Positions 49,946-62,745 of a stretch of DNA of 64,000 nt are shown here, piece after piece. The position numbers and the translations under genes were made by a program. The notes below the pieces were generated by a model, which saw only the letters and a program-made list of their open reading frames with translations, searched no databases and was not told the DNA's origin. Every line of letters starts with the position of its first letter. Position 1 is the first letter of the stretch. Location: assembly GCA_038087875.1 (NCBI GenBank), contig CM075977.1, positions 187,984,001 through 188,048,000 on the forward strand, given 5' to 3'. The DNA is from Malacoraja senta. Taxonomy: Eukaryota.

Positions 49946-52900
49946 CAAATAAAAATCATATATATACACACACAAAAAACAAACAATTATAGTGCAATAA
50001 TAACAATAATCATGATGATCATTGTCTATAAAATTTAAATACAAATTTAAATAAGAATCTTTCACAAGGATTGAGTATTTTTACACTTAGAATCTATCTG
50101 GTGGACTTCTTATGATATAAATATATCTATTGCTCTTTCAAATTCACCCCACCGATCTTATCCATGAAAGAAGAGTTGTGCCTTTTTTTTTTACCTGCAC
50201 AGGAATCTATGCCAAAGCTATTGTCCAAATTCCTATCCTCATGTTCTGAATCCCATAGGAACTTGAAATGGTGCCAGTTCTTTTCAACTATTATCCCTCA
50301 GCTGAATTGCAAGTGAACTTTTAGCAAACATATACGGAATGACAAAATAATTGTAGTATAGGATCGCAGCTGAAAATACAGCTCTCATGCTTGAGTCTAC
50401 TTCCTATAAGATTTCCCTGCTCAAGAAAAGGTTTTTTGCTTATACATTAAGTTGTGTTTGCAGGTAACAATTATATTGCAATTCTCTTTTTGTCCTTTAA
50501 TTCATTTTTAGACATGTTAATTAAATAATGCATGGCCACTTATATTAAATTCTGAATGCTAACTGAACCATTTTCCATGAACCAAATCTATTACTAGTTA
50601 TTTTGCAGCAAATGCATAATGAAAGCAGACTTGTTTGATCATCTCTTATTATTGCTGTTTATCCTGAGGGACTGTGCTGATCATTATTGATTGCACATTT
50701 TCTGAGCAAAGTAGTTAGTTTTAAAAGTAAACGTATCATATTCCGATTTCACAACATGAAAAGCTTGTTCCTTGTTTTACCTAAAAATGTAGGAGCATGA
50801 TGAGCTCAAGCATGTTAATTGGTTTAACTCCCAGTCATCCAACTACATGAGGAAATGGAAGAAGATGTAGACTGCTGGATCTGCACAACTTCAGTGCATT
50901 TCCACTAGTTCTCTGTGAGTATGGAATAAGCAGAGCAGATAAAGGGAGACCAGCATATCTGGTTTATTTGGACTACTATAAGGCATTTGACAAGGTGTGA
51001 CACAGAGGGTGGTGCATAAGAGTAAGTCGGGAGGAAGTCTGTCAGCATAGATTGGAAATTGGTCATTGCATAGTAATCATAACTGGAATACATGGGTCCC
51101 TGTCAGGTTGAAGGCTGTAACATGTAATGACCCCAGAGATCATTGGAGCCTGGGATCACTCCAACCGCTGCCTGCGGACTTTACATCGGGAGCTCGCAGT
51201 CGTGGGAGAGGCCTTGGATGTTGGGAGCTCTAACGTCGCGGAAGGTTCAACCAGTGCCGACGCAGGGTTCGATCGTCGGTCATTTCAAACTGAGGTACAT
51301 AGGAATTTCTCCTCAGAAGATAGTGAATTACTGGAATTCTCTACCCCAGAAGATCATTAGAGACCAGATCATTGGTAGAATTTAAAGTGGAGGTAGATAA
51401 CTATTTGAAAGATCATGGAATTAAAGGGTATAATTCTAGCACAGAAGAGAAATTGTAGCCTTAGCTAAATGAATCACAATGTTGTGTACTTCTGTTTTTA
51501 TTTGTGTTCTTGTCTACATTATCTCCTTTTTTCCAGCTGGATATGATTCCAGATTCTCAGTTTGCCTGATGTGATCCAAGGAACTTCAACGCTTTGATGA
51601 ACAACACTGCATTCAAGTCTGATTCCAACCTTACCCGACCTGAATATACAATTTCTTCAGACAATCTCAGTGGCACCTCCAGTTAAATTATTTTTGCTGA
51701 ATCCAAGTGATTGGTCATTCTCAGCCTTCATAATGACACACTCCCTAAAGATGAAGTCAGTGATCCTCATATAAACTCCTTGGATATAGACAAATGAGAC
51801 CAGAGCAGGTGAGCTATTCAGTGTGTCTTCTGTGGAAAGAACCTCAATAGTCAAACAAACACTGTTGAGCTTGTTACTGCAGAGGTATCTCCAGTATGGA
51901 GAGAACTTGGAAAATATCAGTTTCCATTGCATTTAATAAGAGGTGGAGAGAGAGACCAGGGGAACCGTGCAGTCTATCCACGATGCTGCCAGCAACGGCA
52001 GTGCTCACTGCCTCAGTCAGGGTACACCCCTCAATGCCACATCGTGCTGCTGAGTGGTTGCATTGCTCACCCTGGCCCATCCACAGCCGTCCCCCTAAGG
52101 CAGTTTCTCTATACTGAGCCATGGTCGATTCATTGCTGGGGGATACCAGGGAGGAGAGTAAGGTTTCATGACATCTTGTTTAAAGTGTAACATGATCTTG
52201 TGTGTGTTTAAACTGTAGGATCAATAGCACTGTAATGAATCCACGCACGGAGGAATGGTCCGCAGCAGGGTAGGTATGCTTCATGATCAAAGTGTTTAAT
52301 AACCATTAGAATAAAACATGTATTATATCTAATTCTGGCTATTCTTCAGTTGTAATTATGTTCCCCATGGACCTTCTCCAAAGCATTCTCATTTAACTCT
52401 CAGGTAACCTTCTATCCCCTTTTCCAAGTGCTTCATATCCCCTTTTCCAAGTGCTTCATGTTAATTGCAAATACAAAAAACTGCAGATGTTACAAGGATC
52501 AGACAAAGGTCCTGGATGTGAAACATTAACTGTGATGTTTACAACATTTTAAATTATTTATTCTATAGGCAAAAATAAGCCCAATATTTATTATTGATCT
52601 TTCATCTTAATTTTCGGCGAGAGCAAATGAAAAAAATGTATTTTTGATTCCTGAGTCTAAAATGATATTATAGTTGTGAGAATAATCTTCAGCCAAATCA
52701 TCTGCTTTGTTTTGTTCAAGCTATATTTTTTTCAAAATGGAGTGACAGCTTGTAAAAATACAATGAAGCTAATTAACACATGGGAGTACAACATTATCAG
52801 CAATGTCATGATGACCAGAACATTTGTTATTCTGAGAAATATAAATATTGGTCAAAAGATAACACCCCATCTGCTTTTTCATTACAATGCCTCCAGATTC

Positions 52901-53504
52901 TCCACATCCAACAGAGAGAACACAGAATGCCCATTGTTTTATTGATTCATCTGAAAGGCAATTCCATCTAAAATTATTCCCCTGAGGCATCAGGATGGAG
53001 TTTGTGTTCAGGTCTCCGGATGAGAGTTAACCTCACAGGGAGAAATGAACAAGTAACCAAATGTGCCATTTGTTCTAAACTGTGATTATTACAGTATTGA
53101 TACTTGAAAAAAAGTCAACAACACTAACTTTTAAAAGGGTAGCACCTGGAAGCTGGTAAACAGCCAACCACAGTCTGAAAGGAATTGACTGATCAACTGT
53201 AACAGGCTTGCATTAAAAAATTGACTTTTCTAATTGGTTTTATCTCTTTATATCAGATATATATCACTGATAAGCACAAAGATTCTTCTGAAGAGGGGTC
53301 TCTGACCTGGAATGTTAACTTTCTTTCTCCTACAGATGCTGCCTGACCTGCTAAGAACTTTTAGGATTTTCTGTTTTTTATTTCAGATTTGCTGTTCTGC
53401 AAAATTTTATTTTTCCGTGTCCTAATATTTATTGCCCACCTCTAATTGCCTTTGAGGAAGTGGTGATGAGCTGTCATCTTCTATAGTCCTTCTACCGAAT
53501 GAGT

Positions 53505-53825
53505 TTACTTTAGTTTAGTTCAGGGTTACAGCATGGAAACAAGAACTTCGGCCTACCTTGTCTGCACCAGCCATCGATCACCCATTCACACTAATTCAAT
53601 GTTATCCCACTTTCCCACTCCCTGCACTCTAGGGGCAATATACATGGGCTAATTAGCCTGCAAACCAGCAGGTCTTTGGGATGTGGGAGGAAACCACTCG
53701 GGAGAAACCCATGTGGTTCCAGGGAGAACGTTCAAACTCCGCACAGGGAGCACCCGAGGTAAGAATCCAACCCGGGTCTCTGGTGCTGTGAGGCAGCAGC
53801 TCTACTAGCTGTTACATTTGTGCTG
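53505..53825 (-). mobile_element. V-SINE
   Basis: TTTAG tail, CTTTGGGATGTGGGAGGAAACC, GGGAGAACGTTCAAACTCC, CCCGGGTCTCTGGTGCTGTGAGGCAGC. Confidence 0.8.
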
Positions 53826-53921
53826 TCCAGATATGTTCCCAGAATGTCATGGAAGGAATTCCAGGTTTTAGGAAGAAGAGTCCCATTCAAAAAGGTTATT
53901 TGTCCTGGATAGTTTTGAAAC

Positions 53922-54865
53922 CTGGAGCATCGTACGCTTACCTGGAAGGATCTGTGGGAAATGGATGGAAGTCATCTTAACTTCATCATCAGAGCCACCT
54001 ACGATGTTCTTCCCACACCCAAGAACCTAAACCAGTGGCTTGGAGAAGATCCATCATGTTCTCTCTGCCAAACCCCAGCAACATTAAGGCACATCCTCAC
54101 AGGCTGCAAAACCTGACTTTCACAAGGCCGCTACACCTGGAGGGACAATCAGGTCCTGCAACAACTGGCGATTATCTTGGAAGGAAGGAGAACTACCACC
54201 AATGCCCTCCCTCCACCAATGCCTGTTTTTTCGAACACCACCCCTTTTGTAAAGACAGGACAACTTCCAGAGAAGCCATTTGCAAGAAAGGAACCGACCC
54301 TCCTGGATACTGCCCGGGACTGGAAAATGCAGGCTGATCTAGACCAGAAGCTCATCTTTCCACCAGAGATCATCACAACTAATCTCAGGCCAGACCTTAT
54401 CTTGTGGTCAACCTCACAGAAGTCCCTGTACATCATGGAGTTCACTGTTCCTTGGGAGGGTGCAGTTGGTGAAGCGCATGAACGCAAATGTCTGAAGTAT
54501 TCAGACTTAGCAGCCGAGGCAGAACAACGTGGCTGGCGTACCCAGGTGTTCCCTGTAGAGGTTGGTTGTAAAGGGTTTGTAGCCCAGTCAACAACCAGAC
54601 TCCTGAAGGGAATGGGAGTTCGAGGACAGGCCTTCCGGCAAGCCGTCAGGTCGCTGTCAGAGGCTGCTGAGCGAAGCAGCAACTGGCTGTGGCTGAAGAG
54701 GAAGGACTCCAACTGGGCTGCAAAATGACCAGCAAGAGGGGTAAAATGGAGGGGAGCACACCTGGGATGCCAGGTGTTGCTGTTGAGCCCTCTGGAGGTG
54801 TCGTGGGTCGATCAATGAAACACCAAGGAAGGAGGGTGCCCACCTGATGACCCCAATGAAGTCTT
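53922..54865 (+). mobile_element. 5'-truncated RLE-type non-LTR retrotransposon (HERO/R2 group)
   Basis: One frame 53922-54728 with a single stop: YDVLPTP, CCHC knuckle CSLC-x7-H-x4-C, restriction-like endonuclease RPDLILW..IMEFTVPWE..ERKCLKY..VEVGCKGF; then a structured 3'UTR. Confidence 0.9.
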
Positions 54866-55219
54866 TACCCCTACCCCCACTCAAGATATTAAGAAGGTGC
54901 CAATTATTGTAATATCAAGTCCTATAAGCTTAACTGAGCTTCTGAATTTGGAGTTGGATTTGGAATATTGAAGTTGTGCTCATCAAACTCCTGACTTGGG
55001 TGTTAAAGATGGTATAAATGCTTAAGGGGAAGATGTGAATGATGGAGGGTGTGGTTAGAATGTGTCAGGTGAAGTCTCGGCCTCTGCCAAATCTTACAGC
55101 CACAGTCATGCTTCCCATCATTCGTAACCTTATCAATGAAGATTAATGAAAAATGGTTAGGCTCTCTCACGCTGGATATGGTCATTGTCCAGTCCTTTTG
55201 TGGCATGAATGCTACCGGT

Positions 55220-55686
55220 CACTTTTTCACACAAAGGGTGGTGGATGTATTGAATGAACTGCTGAAGGAGGTAGTTGAGGCAAATACTCTTGCAATTTTT
55301 TAAGAAACATTTAGACAGCTACATGGCTAGAGCAGGTATAGAGGGATATAGGCCAAATGCAGGCAGGTGGGACTTGTGTAGATTAGATGTATTGGCCGGT
55401 GTGGGCCGAAGGGCCTGTTTCCACACAGTAAATCTATATGACTGTCTATTGAGGAGTTGCTAAATGGAGCTGAACATGTGCTATCATCAGGAATATCCCC
55501 ATTTCTGACATGATAGAATGAAGGTGATTAGATACAGTTCTTAAAGATAGCCGAGTCCAGGGATATGGGGAGAAGGCAGGAACGGGGTACTGATTGTGGA
55601 TGATCAGCCATGATCACATTGAATGGCGGTGCTGGCTCGAAGGGCCGAATGGTCTACTCCTGCACCTATTGTCTATTGTCTATTGA
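55220..55686 (+). mobile_element. Two adjacent CR1 3' fragments (55220-55445 and 55527-55686)
   Basis: Two different CR1 3'UTRs and tails. Confidence 0.8.
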
Positions 55687-57835
55687 TGAATCAGAAGATG
55701 GTTGGACTCTGGCCACTGAACTGAGGATCTCCTGCAACAAAGTTTCTCAACAATCAAACTACTGTCCCGTTTGCATGGCAGGTCTCCAGTAAAGGATGCC
55801 ATTGGACATCACTAGGGCGCCTTGATGCTACACTCAGTCTAACATTGCTTTGATGTTTGTGACAATCGCTCTCACCTAATCTCAGGATTTCATCTCTTCT
55901 GTCTACGTTTGGACGAAGATGGTGATGAAGCCGAAACCCACTCTAGGCAATGGTGATCAGGTCACCCTGAATACACGTCAGGAACACATGAAAGCAATGC
56001 AACAATGACATAACCTACTTGTATGATAATAACCATACCAGTCCAGATATTAGGAAGCATTTATTCACAATTATAACATGGGAGCCATTAAAAGACCCAT
56101 GTGGTCGAGGTATACTGTTTCCTATGAAGAAGGGCCATCAGTATTGATGGCAATGCCAGGATTTTCCACTAACCAAAGAGTCCTTAGCAGAGAAACAGTC
56201 CCTTTGAGTACAGCATTTACACCAACCAAAGAGCACACGTTTATGCCAAATCAATATTTCCTCTTACCATCACTTCCCTTCCTCCTGACCTCACTTACCC
56301 CAGCAGAAATTTACAACAGAAAATTAACTTGCCATTCATCACACTTTCAGAATGTCGAAGGAAACCTGAGCATCCAGCGGACACCCATGCTGTTACACGG
56401 GGAAACGTCTACATTCTGTAATGACAGCACCTGAGGTCTGGATTGAAGTTTTCTGGAGCCGTGAGACGGTAGTACTACTTGCTGCACCACAATGATGCCC
56501 TCTGTCTGTTTCTTATTTCAAGCCTTCTTTCCCCTCTCTTTATGCCTGATTATGCATATAAGGAATGACAAGAGGTTTATGTGGAAGGTAAACACAGCCA
56601 ATAATGTACCAATCATGTGTACAATGAGGAAAAATATTAATATATTGAAATTGTGAGATGGCTTACTGCATTAATACCTGCAATAGCTGGGTTGTCCCGT
56701 GAACAAATATTAGACAGGCAAGGGTTGTAATTGGTGGAGTTTAGAAGAGTGAGAAGGGAATTAATTGAAACATGCAACCTGACACACTGAGGGTGGATGA
56801 AAAGAGAATGCTTCCACTTGTTGGAGAATCAGAAAATGTTGTGTAATTATTTGATCTGGTAATTTGCCACCTTAGAGAACTCTCAGAGGGTTAAGAATCG
56901 TTGAAACTTCTTTACTCTAATGGTTGAGGAAGAAGAGTCATTGAATATGTCTAAGGCAGAGACAGATAGATTTTTGATGTGGGGGGATAGACATGAATGG
57001 GGAGTTGACATTACAGTTAAGCCAACCACCATCTTGTTGAATACCATTGCAGACTTGAGTGGCCTACCTTGCTCCTAATCTGTTCATTCATAAACATACA
57101 CACATATAAATGCATAATTGGAGCAAATGGCCAAATTCTAAGTGACAAGTACTTGGTAATTCCTTGCATTATACTTTAAAATAACATCAGCTTCTTGTCA
57201 GATTAGAATCTTCTCACATTTTCACTGAAAAGCTGAGGCTGGATTTCAATCATTCCCAATAAATTGAAATTCATTAATGACCTACATTTATGTACTGGAA
57301 ATACACACGATGACAAGGAGGACATAGGCCATTGATGAGCAACACAATATTCTCTACACCATGCATGTCTTACAGAGATAAATCACATTAGAGTTTTAGC
57401 ACAAACACTGTGAGTGATAATAGCCCAGTTTATCTTTCATGTAATTAGAACCCTATTGTTTTTTCATTAATTAATTACAGCGGCATGCTTGAAAAATAGT
57501 TATTTATTTATCAGACCCATGTCATTTAAGATTTTATTTAGTTTCACCGGATTGACACTTAGGTGTCATATGAACATCAGTGAATGGATGCCTTTTTTCA
57601 AAATCTTCAGTGCAGAACCATGGCAGGCAGGGAAGCGCATCATGAATTTTTAGCTTTTCGGCTTAAGTGGAAATGAGAATGTATTCAATTGACATAAAGG
57701 CAGCTGGCAAACAGGGAGAATGGACTGTGAGCTTGTTCTCCCTCTGTGAGCGTCAAATCCTTGCAGCTGGCAGTAAGAAATGCTCTCAATGCTGACCAAG
57801 TCCCCACTGGTTAGATAGAAACCAGGAGAGACTAA

Positions 57836-57930
57836 AGGGCCTGTCCCACTTGGGCGTCATTTGCGCTTCGTGACGCGTAAATGATGTCGCATAAATTATG
57901 CGCAAATGACGCCCAAGTGGGACAGGTCCT
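57836..57930. mobile_element. 95-bp MITE with Harbinger-like termini and TAA TSD
   Basis: 31-bp TIR AGGGCCTGTCCCACTTGGGCGTCATTTGCGC with 1 mismatch; TAA on both sides. Confidence 0.88.
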
Positions 57931-58390
57931 TAACTCATTTTGAAAGGGAATAACCATTGAGCAAGATATTACTTTTATTTGATCATGAAAAACGAGAACT
58001 GCCTTTGGCTTTGAAACATTAATTTAAAATTCTTAGAAGAGAAAATGAGGGTCATGAGAGGAGAGCAAGAAGAAATTGTGTTGCTGTCATTGAGATGCAT
58101 CTTTTGGAATTTGGAAGGAATGATTCAGTTCAGAGGTCAAGAATCTCAGGAGGTTAATGGTATTTTGTTTAAGAAAGCATGCCCTCTCGTAACAGACAAA
58201 GGGGAAGTGGCGTAATGGTCACCTGCTGGTCTGGACTATTGATTCAGAGATAGGAGCATGAACCTTACTCAAACATTTGGACAATCTAAGTTAATGCCAT
58301 TAAGGAAATCTGGAATAATAGAGCCAGTACAGGTATTAAAGGGCAAGTACTAAATTATTGTTTTGTCCCTTAGGAAAAACATCAGGACTC

Positions 58391-58585
58391 CTCCGACTCC
58401 TCCCACTTCCTTCAAATCAAAGGCGTAGCTTTGGGCACTTGCAAGGGCTCCAGCTATGCCTGCTTCTTAACAACCCCTGTTCCAGGCATACACTGGCCCT
58501 ATCCCCAAACTCTATCTTTGTTACATGGACGACTGCATTGACGCTCCTTCCTGCACCCATTGCAGAAATCATGGACTTTCATAAA
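58391..58585 (+). mobile_element. Penelope-like RT fragment (left part, interrupted by CR1)
   Basis: Homologous to 63370-63575 (GVAMG..PSYA..YxDD region). Confidence 0.8.
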
Positions 58586-58684
58586 CATAGAAACATAGAA
58601 ACATAGAAATTAGGCGCAGGAGTAGGCCATTCGGCACTTCGAGCCTGCACCGCCATTCAATATGATCATGGCTGATCATCCAAC

Positions 58685-61496
58685 TCAGTATCCCGTACCT
58701 GCCTTCTCTCCATACCCTCTGATCCCTTTAGCCACAAGGGCCACATCTAACTCCCTCTTAAATATAGCCAATGAACTGGCCTCGACTACCCTCTGTGGCA
58801 GAGAGTTCCAGAGATTCACCACTCTCTGTGTGAAAAAAGTTCTTCTCATCTCGGTTTTAAAGGATTTCCCCCTTATCCTTAAGCTGTGACCCCTTGTCCT
58901 GGACTTCCCCAACATCCGGAGCAATCTTCCTGCATCTAGCCTGTCCAACCCCTTAAGAATTTTGTACGTTTCTATAAGATCCCCTCTCAATCTCCTAAAT
59001 TCTAGAGAGTATAAACCAAGTCTATCCAGTCTTTCTTCATAAGACAGTCCTGACATCCCAGGAATCAGTCTGGTGAACCTTCTCTGCACTCCCTCTATGG
59101 CAATAATGTCCTTCCTCAGATTTGGAGACCAAAACTGTACGCAATACTCCAGGTGTGGTCTCACCAAGACCCTGTACAACTGCAGTAGAACCTCCCTGCT
59201 CCTATACTCAAATCCTTTTGCTATGAAAGCTAACATACCATTCGCTTTCTTCACTGCTTGCTGCACCTGCATGCCTACTTTCAATGACTGGTGTACCATG
59301 TCTCGCTGCATCTCCCCTTTTGCTAGTCGGCCACCATTTAGATAATAGTCTGCTTTCCTGTTTTTGCCACCAAAATGGATAACCTCACATTTATCCACAT
59401 TATACTGCATCTGCCAAACATTTGCCCACTCACCCAGCCTATCCAAGTCACCTTGCAGTCTCCCAGCATCCTCCTCACAGCTAACACTGCCCCCCAGCTT
59501 AGTGTCATCCGCAAACTTGGAGATATTGCCTTCAATTCCCTCATCCAGCTCATTGATATATATTGTAAATAGCTGGGGTCCCAGCACTGAGCCTTGCGGT
59601 ACCCCACTAGTCACTGCCTGCCATTGTGAAAAGGACCCGTTTACTCCTACTCTTTGCTTCCTGTTTGCCAGCCAGTTCTCTATCCACATCAATACTGAAC
59701 CCCCAATGACATGTGCTTTAAGTTTGTATACTAATCTCTTATGTGGGACCTTGTCGAAAGCCTTCTGGAAGTCCAGATACACCACATCCACTGGTTCTCC
59801 CCTATCCACGCTACTAGTTACATCCTCGAAAAATTCTATGAGATTCGTCAGACATGATTTACCTTTCGTAAATCCATGCTGACTTTGTCCAATGATTTCA
59901 CCACTTTCCAAATGTGCTGCTATCCCATCTTTAATAACTGACTCTAGCAGTTTCCCCACTACCGATGTTAGACTAACTGGTCTGTAATTCCCCGTTTTCT
60001 CTCTCCCTCCCTTCTTAAAAAGTGGGGTTACGTTTGCTACCCGCCAATCCTCAGGAACTACTCCAGAATCTAAAGAGTTTTGAAAGATTATTACTAATGC
60101 ATCCACCATTTCTGGAGCTACTTCCTTAAGTACTCTGGGATGCAGCCTATCTGGCCCTGGGGATTTATCGGCCTTTAATCCATTCAATTTACCCAAAACC
60201 ACTTCCCGACTAACCTGGATTTCACTCAATTCCTCCAACTCCTTTGACCCGCGGTCCCCTACTATTTCCGGCAGATTATTTATGTCTTCCTTAGTGAAGA
60301 CGGAACCAAAGTAATTATTCAATTGGTCCGCCATATCCTTGTTCCCCATGATCAACTCACCTGTTTCTGACTGCAAGGGACCTACATTTGTTTTAACTAA
60401 TCTCTTTCTTTTTACATATCTATAAAAACATTTGCAGGCAGTTTTTATGTTCCCTGCCAGTTTTCTTTCATAATCTATTTTTCCTTTCCTAATTAAGCCC
60501 TTTGTCCTCCTCTGCTGGTCTCTGAATTTCTCCCAGTCCTCCGGTATGCTGCTTTTTCTGGCTAATTTGTACGCATCATCCTTCGCTTTGATACCATCCC
60601 TGATTTCCCTTGTTATCCACGGATGCACTACCTTCCCTGATTTATTCTTTTGCCAAACTGGGATGAACAATTTTTGTAGTTCATCCATGCAGTCTTTAAA
60701 TGTCTTCCATTGCATGTCCACCGTCAACCCTTTTAGAATTAATTGCCAGTCAATCTTGGCCAATTCAAGTCTCATACCCTCAAAGTTACCTTTCTTTAAG
60801 TTCAGAACCATTGTTTCTGAATTAACAATGTCACTCTCCATCCTAATGAAGAACTCAACCATATTATGGTCACTCTTGCCCAAGGGGGCACGTACAACAA
60901 GACTGCTAACTAACCCTTCCTCATTACTCAATACCCAGTCTAAAATAGCCTGCTCTCTCGTTGGTTCCTCTACATGTTGATTTAGATAACTATCCCGCAT
61001 ACATTCCAAGAAATCCTCTTCCTCAGCACCCCTGCCAATTTGATTGTAGATTGAAGTCACCCATTATAACTGTTTTGCCTTTGTCACACGCTTTTCTAAT
61101 TTCCTGTTTGACACCATCTCCAACTTCACTACTACTGTTAGGTGGCCTGTACACAACACCCACCAGCGTTTTCTGCCCCTTAGTGTTTCGCAGCTCTACC
61201 CATACCGATTCCACATCCTCGAACCTAATGTCCTTCCTTTCCATTGCGTTAATCTCCTCTCTAATCAGCAACGCTACCTCACCTCCTTTTCCTTTCTCTC
61301 TATCCCTCCTGAATATTGAATATCCCTGGATGTTCAGCTCCCAGCCTTGGTCACCCTGGAGCCATGTCTCCGTGATCCCAACTATATCATAGTCATTAAT
61401 AGCTATCTGCACATTCAACTCATCCACCTTATTACGAATGCTCCTTGCATTGAGACACAAAGCCTTCAGGCTTGTTTTTACAACACTCTTATACAA
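58685..61496 (-). pseudogene. CR1 ORF2 (AP endonuclease and reverse transcriptase), frameshifted near 61045
   Basis: 157-aa APE part (NARS, ITETW, YRPP, GDFN) and 791-aa part (SDH, QHGF, YLDFQKAFD, GVPQGSVLGP, KFADD). Confidence 0.95.
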
Positions 61497-61686
61497 TTAT
61501 GTTGAAAAGTGGCCCTTTTTGATTTTTGCCCTGGTTTTGTCTGCCTGCCACTTTTACTTTTCACCTTGCTACCTATTGCTTCTACCCTCATTTTACACCC
61601 CTCTGTCTCTACGCTCACACATTTAAGAAACCCTTTCCCTTTAACTCCATCCTCCACTATCCCATTCGACACCCCACCCCCCTTAT

Positions 61687-62150
61687 TCAGTTTAAAACCA
61701 CCCGTGTAGCAGTGGCAAACCTGCCTGCCAGAATGCTGGTCCCACACCTGTTAAGATGCAATCCGTCCCTTTTGTACAGTTCCCCCTTACCCCAAAACAG
61801 ATCCCAGTGATCTAAGAATCTAAATCCCTGCCCCGTGCACCAGTTCCTCAGCCACACGTTCAGGTCCCGTATCTCACTGTTCCTGCTCTCGCCAGCACGA
61901 GGAACTGGAAGCAAACCGGAGATAACAACCCTGGAGGTCCTGCTTTTCAGCATTTTTCCGAGCTCTCTAAAGTCACGCTGCAGAATATTCATCCCCTTCT
62001 TTCCGAAATCGTTTGTGCCGACATGCACTACCACTTCCGGATGTTCACCTTCGCCCTTGAGGATTTTCTGCACTCTGTCCGTGACATCCTGGATCCTGGC
62101 ACCAGGAAGGCAGCACACCATCCTCGCATCCCGTCTGTTGCCACAGAAAC
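61687..62150 (-). pseudogene. CR1 ORF1 SGNH/GDSL esterase-like domain (truncated)
   Basis: CLPGARIQDV, VVVHVGTND and DGLHLN. Confidence 0.9.
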
Positions 62151-62745
62151 TTCACCACCAATTCCACATCCCGCACTCAAATTAACTTGGACCATCTCCG
62201 ACACCTCCCTCCCCTTTCTTGATCTCACCGTCTCCATCACAGGAGATTGACTATTGACTGTCGTCTATTACAAACCCACTGACTCCCACAACTATCTCGA
62301 GTACATTTCTTCCCAAGCTGCTTCCTGCAAAGACTCTATCCCCTACTCCCAATTCCTCCGCCTACGCCGTATCTGCACCCAAGATGAGGTGATCCATACC
62401 AGGACATCCGAGATATCCTCATTCTTTTGGGAACAGGGGTTCCCCTCTTCCTTCATATATGAGGCCCTCATATGTGTCTCCTCGATACCCCACAGCTCTG
62501 CCCTTTCTCCCCCTAGTCGCAACAGGGACAGAGTCCCCCTAGTCCTTACCTTTCACCCCAACAGCCATCGGATACAATACCGAATCCTCCGACATTTTTG
62601 CCACCTCCAACGGGATCCCCCCACGTGTCTCCCAGTTGCCAAACACTTTAATTCCCCTTCCCATTCCCACACTGACCTTTCTGTCCTAAGCCTCATCCAT
62701 TGTCAGATTGAGGCTAATCACAAATTGGAGGAACATCATCTCATA
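62147..62745 (+). mobile_element. Penelope-like element (right part): RT thumb and GIY-YIG C-terminus with an internal deletion
   Basis: LPFLDL, YYKPTD, SIPYSQFLRLRRIC, PLVLTFHP and PVAKHFN. Confidence 0.88.

Larger units (their letters stand above)
58584..62150 (-). mobile_element. Near-full-length young CR1 LINE, 5'-truncated in ORF1
   Basis: ORF1 esterase, ORF2 APE-RT, 3'UTR and (TTTCTATG)n tail. Confidence 0.97.

Noticed and set aside
50450-52410. CAG|GTA recursive-splice-like sites (6770, 50463, 52403)
   Set aside because: They lack the GTRAG consensus, such motifs are expected by chance in 64 kb, and the host transcript is unknown.
52413-52458. 23-bp tandem duplication
   Set aside because: An ordinary slippage duplication with no further structure.
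54780-54855. GAAAC and CTGATGA in the HERO 3'UTR as a hammerhead
   Set aside because: No UH cleavage site or stem I can be placed between the motifs in the required order.
59073-62185. Plus-strand ORFs over the CR1
   Set aside because: Antisense shadows of CR1 ORF1 and ORF2.
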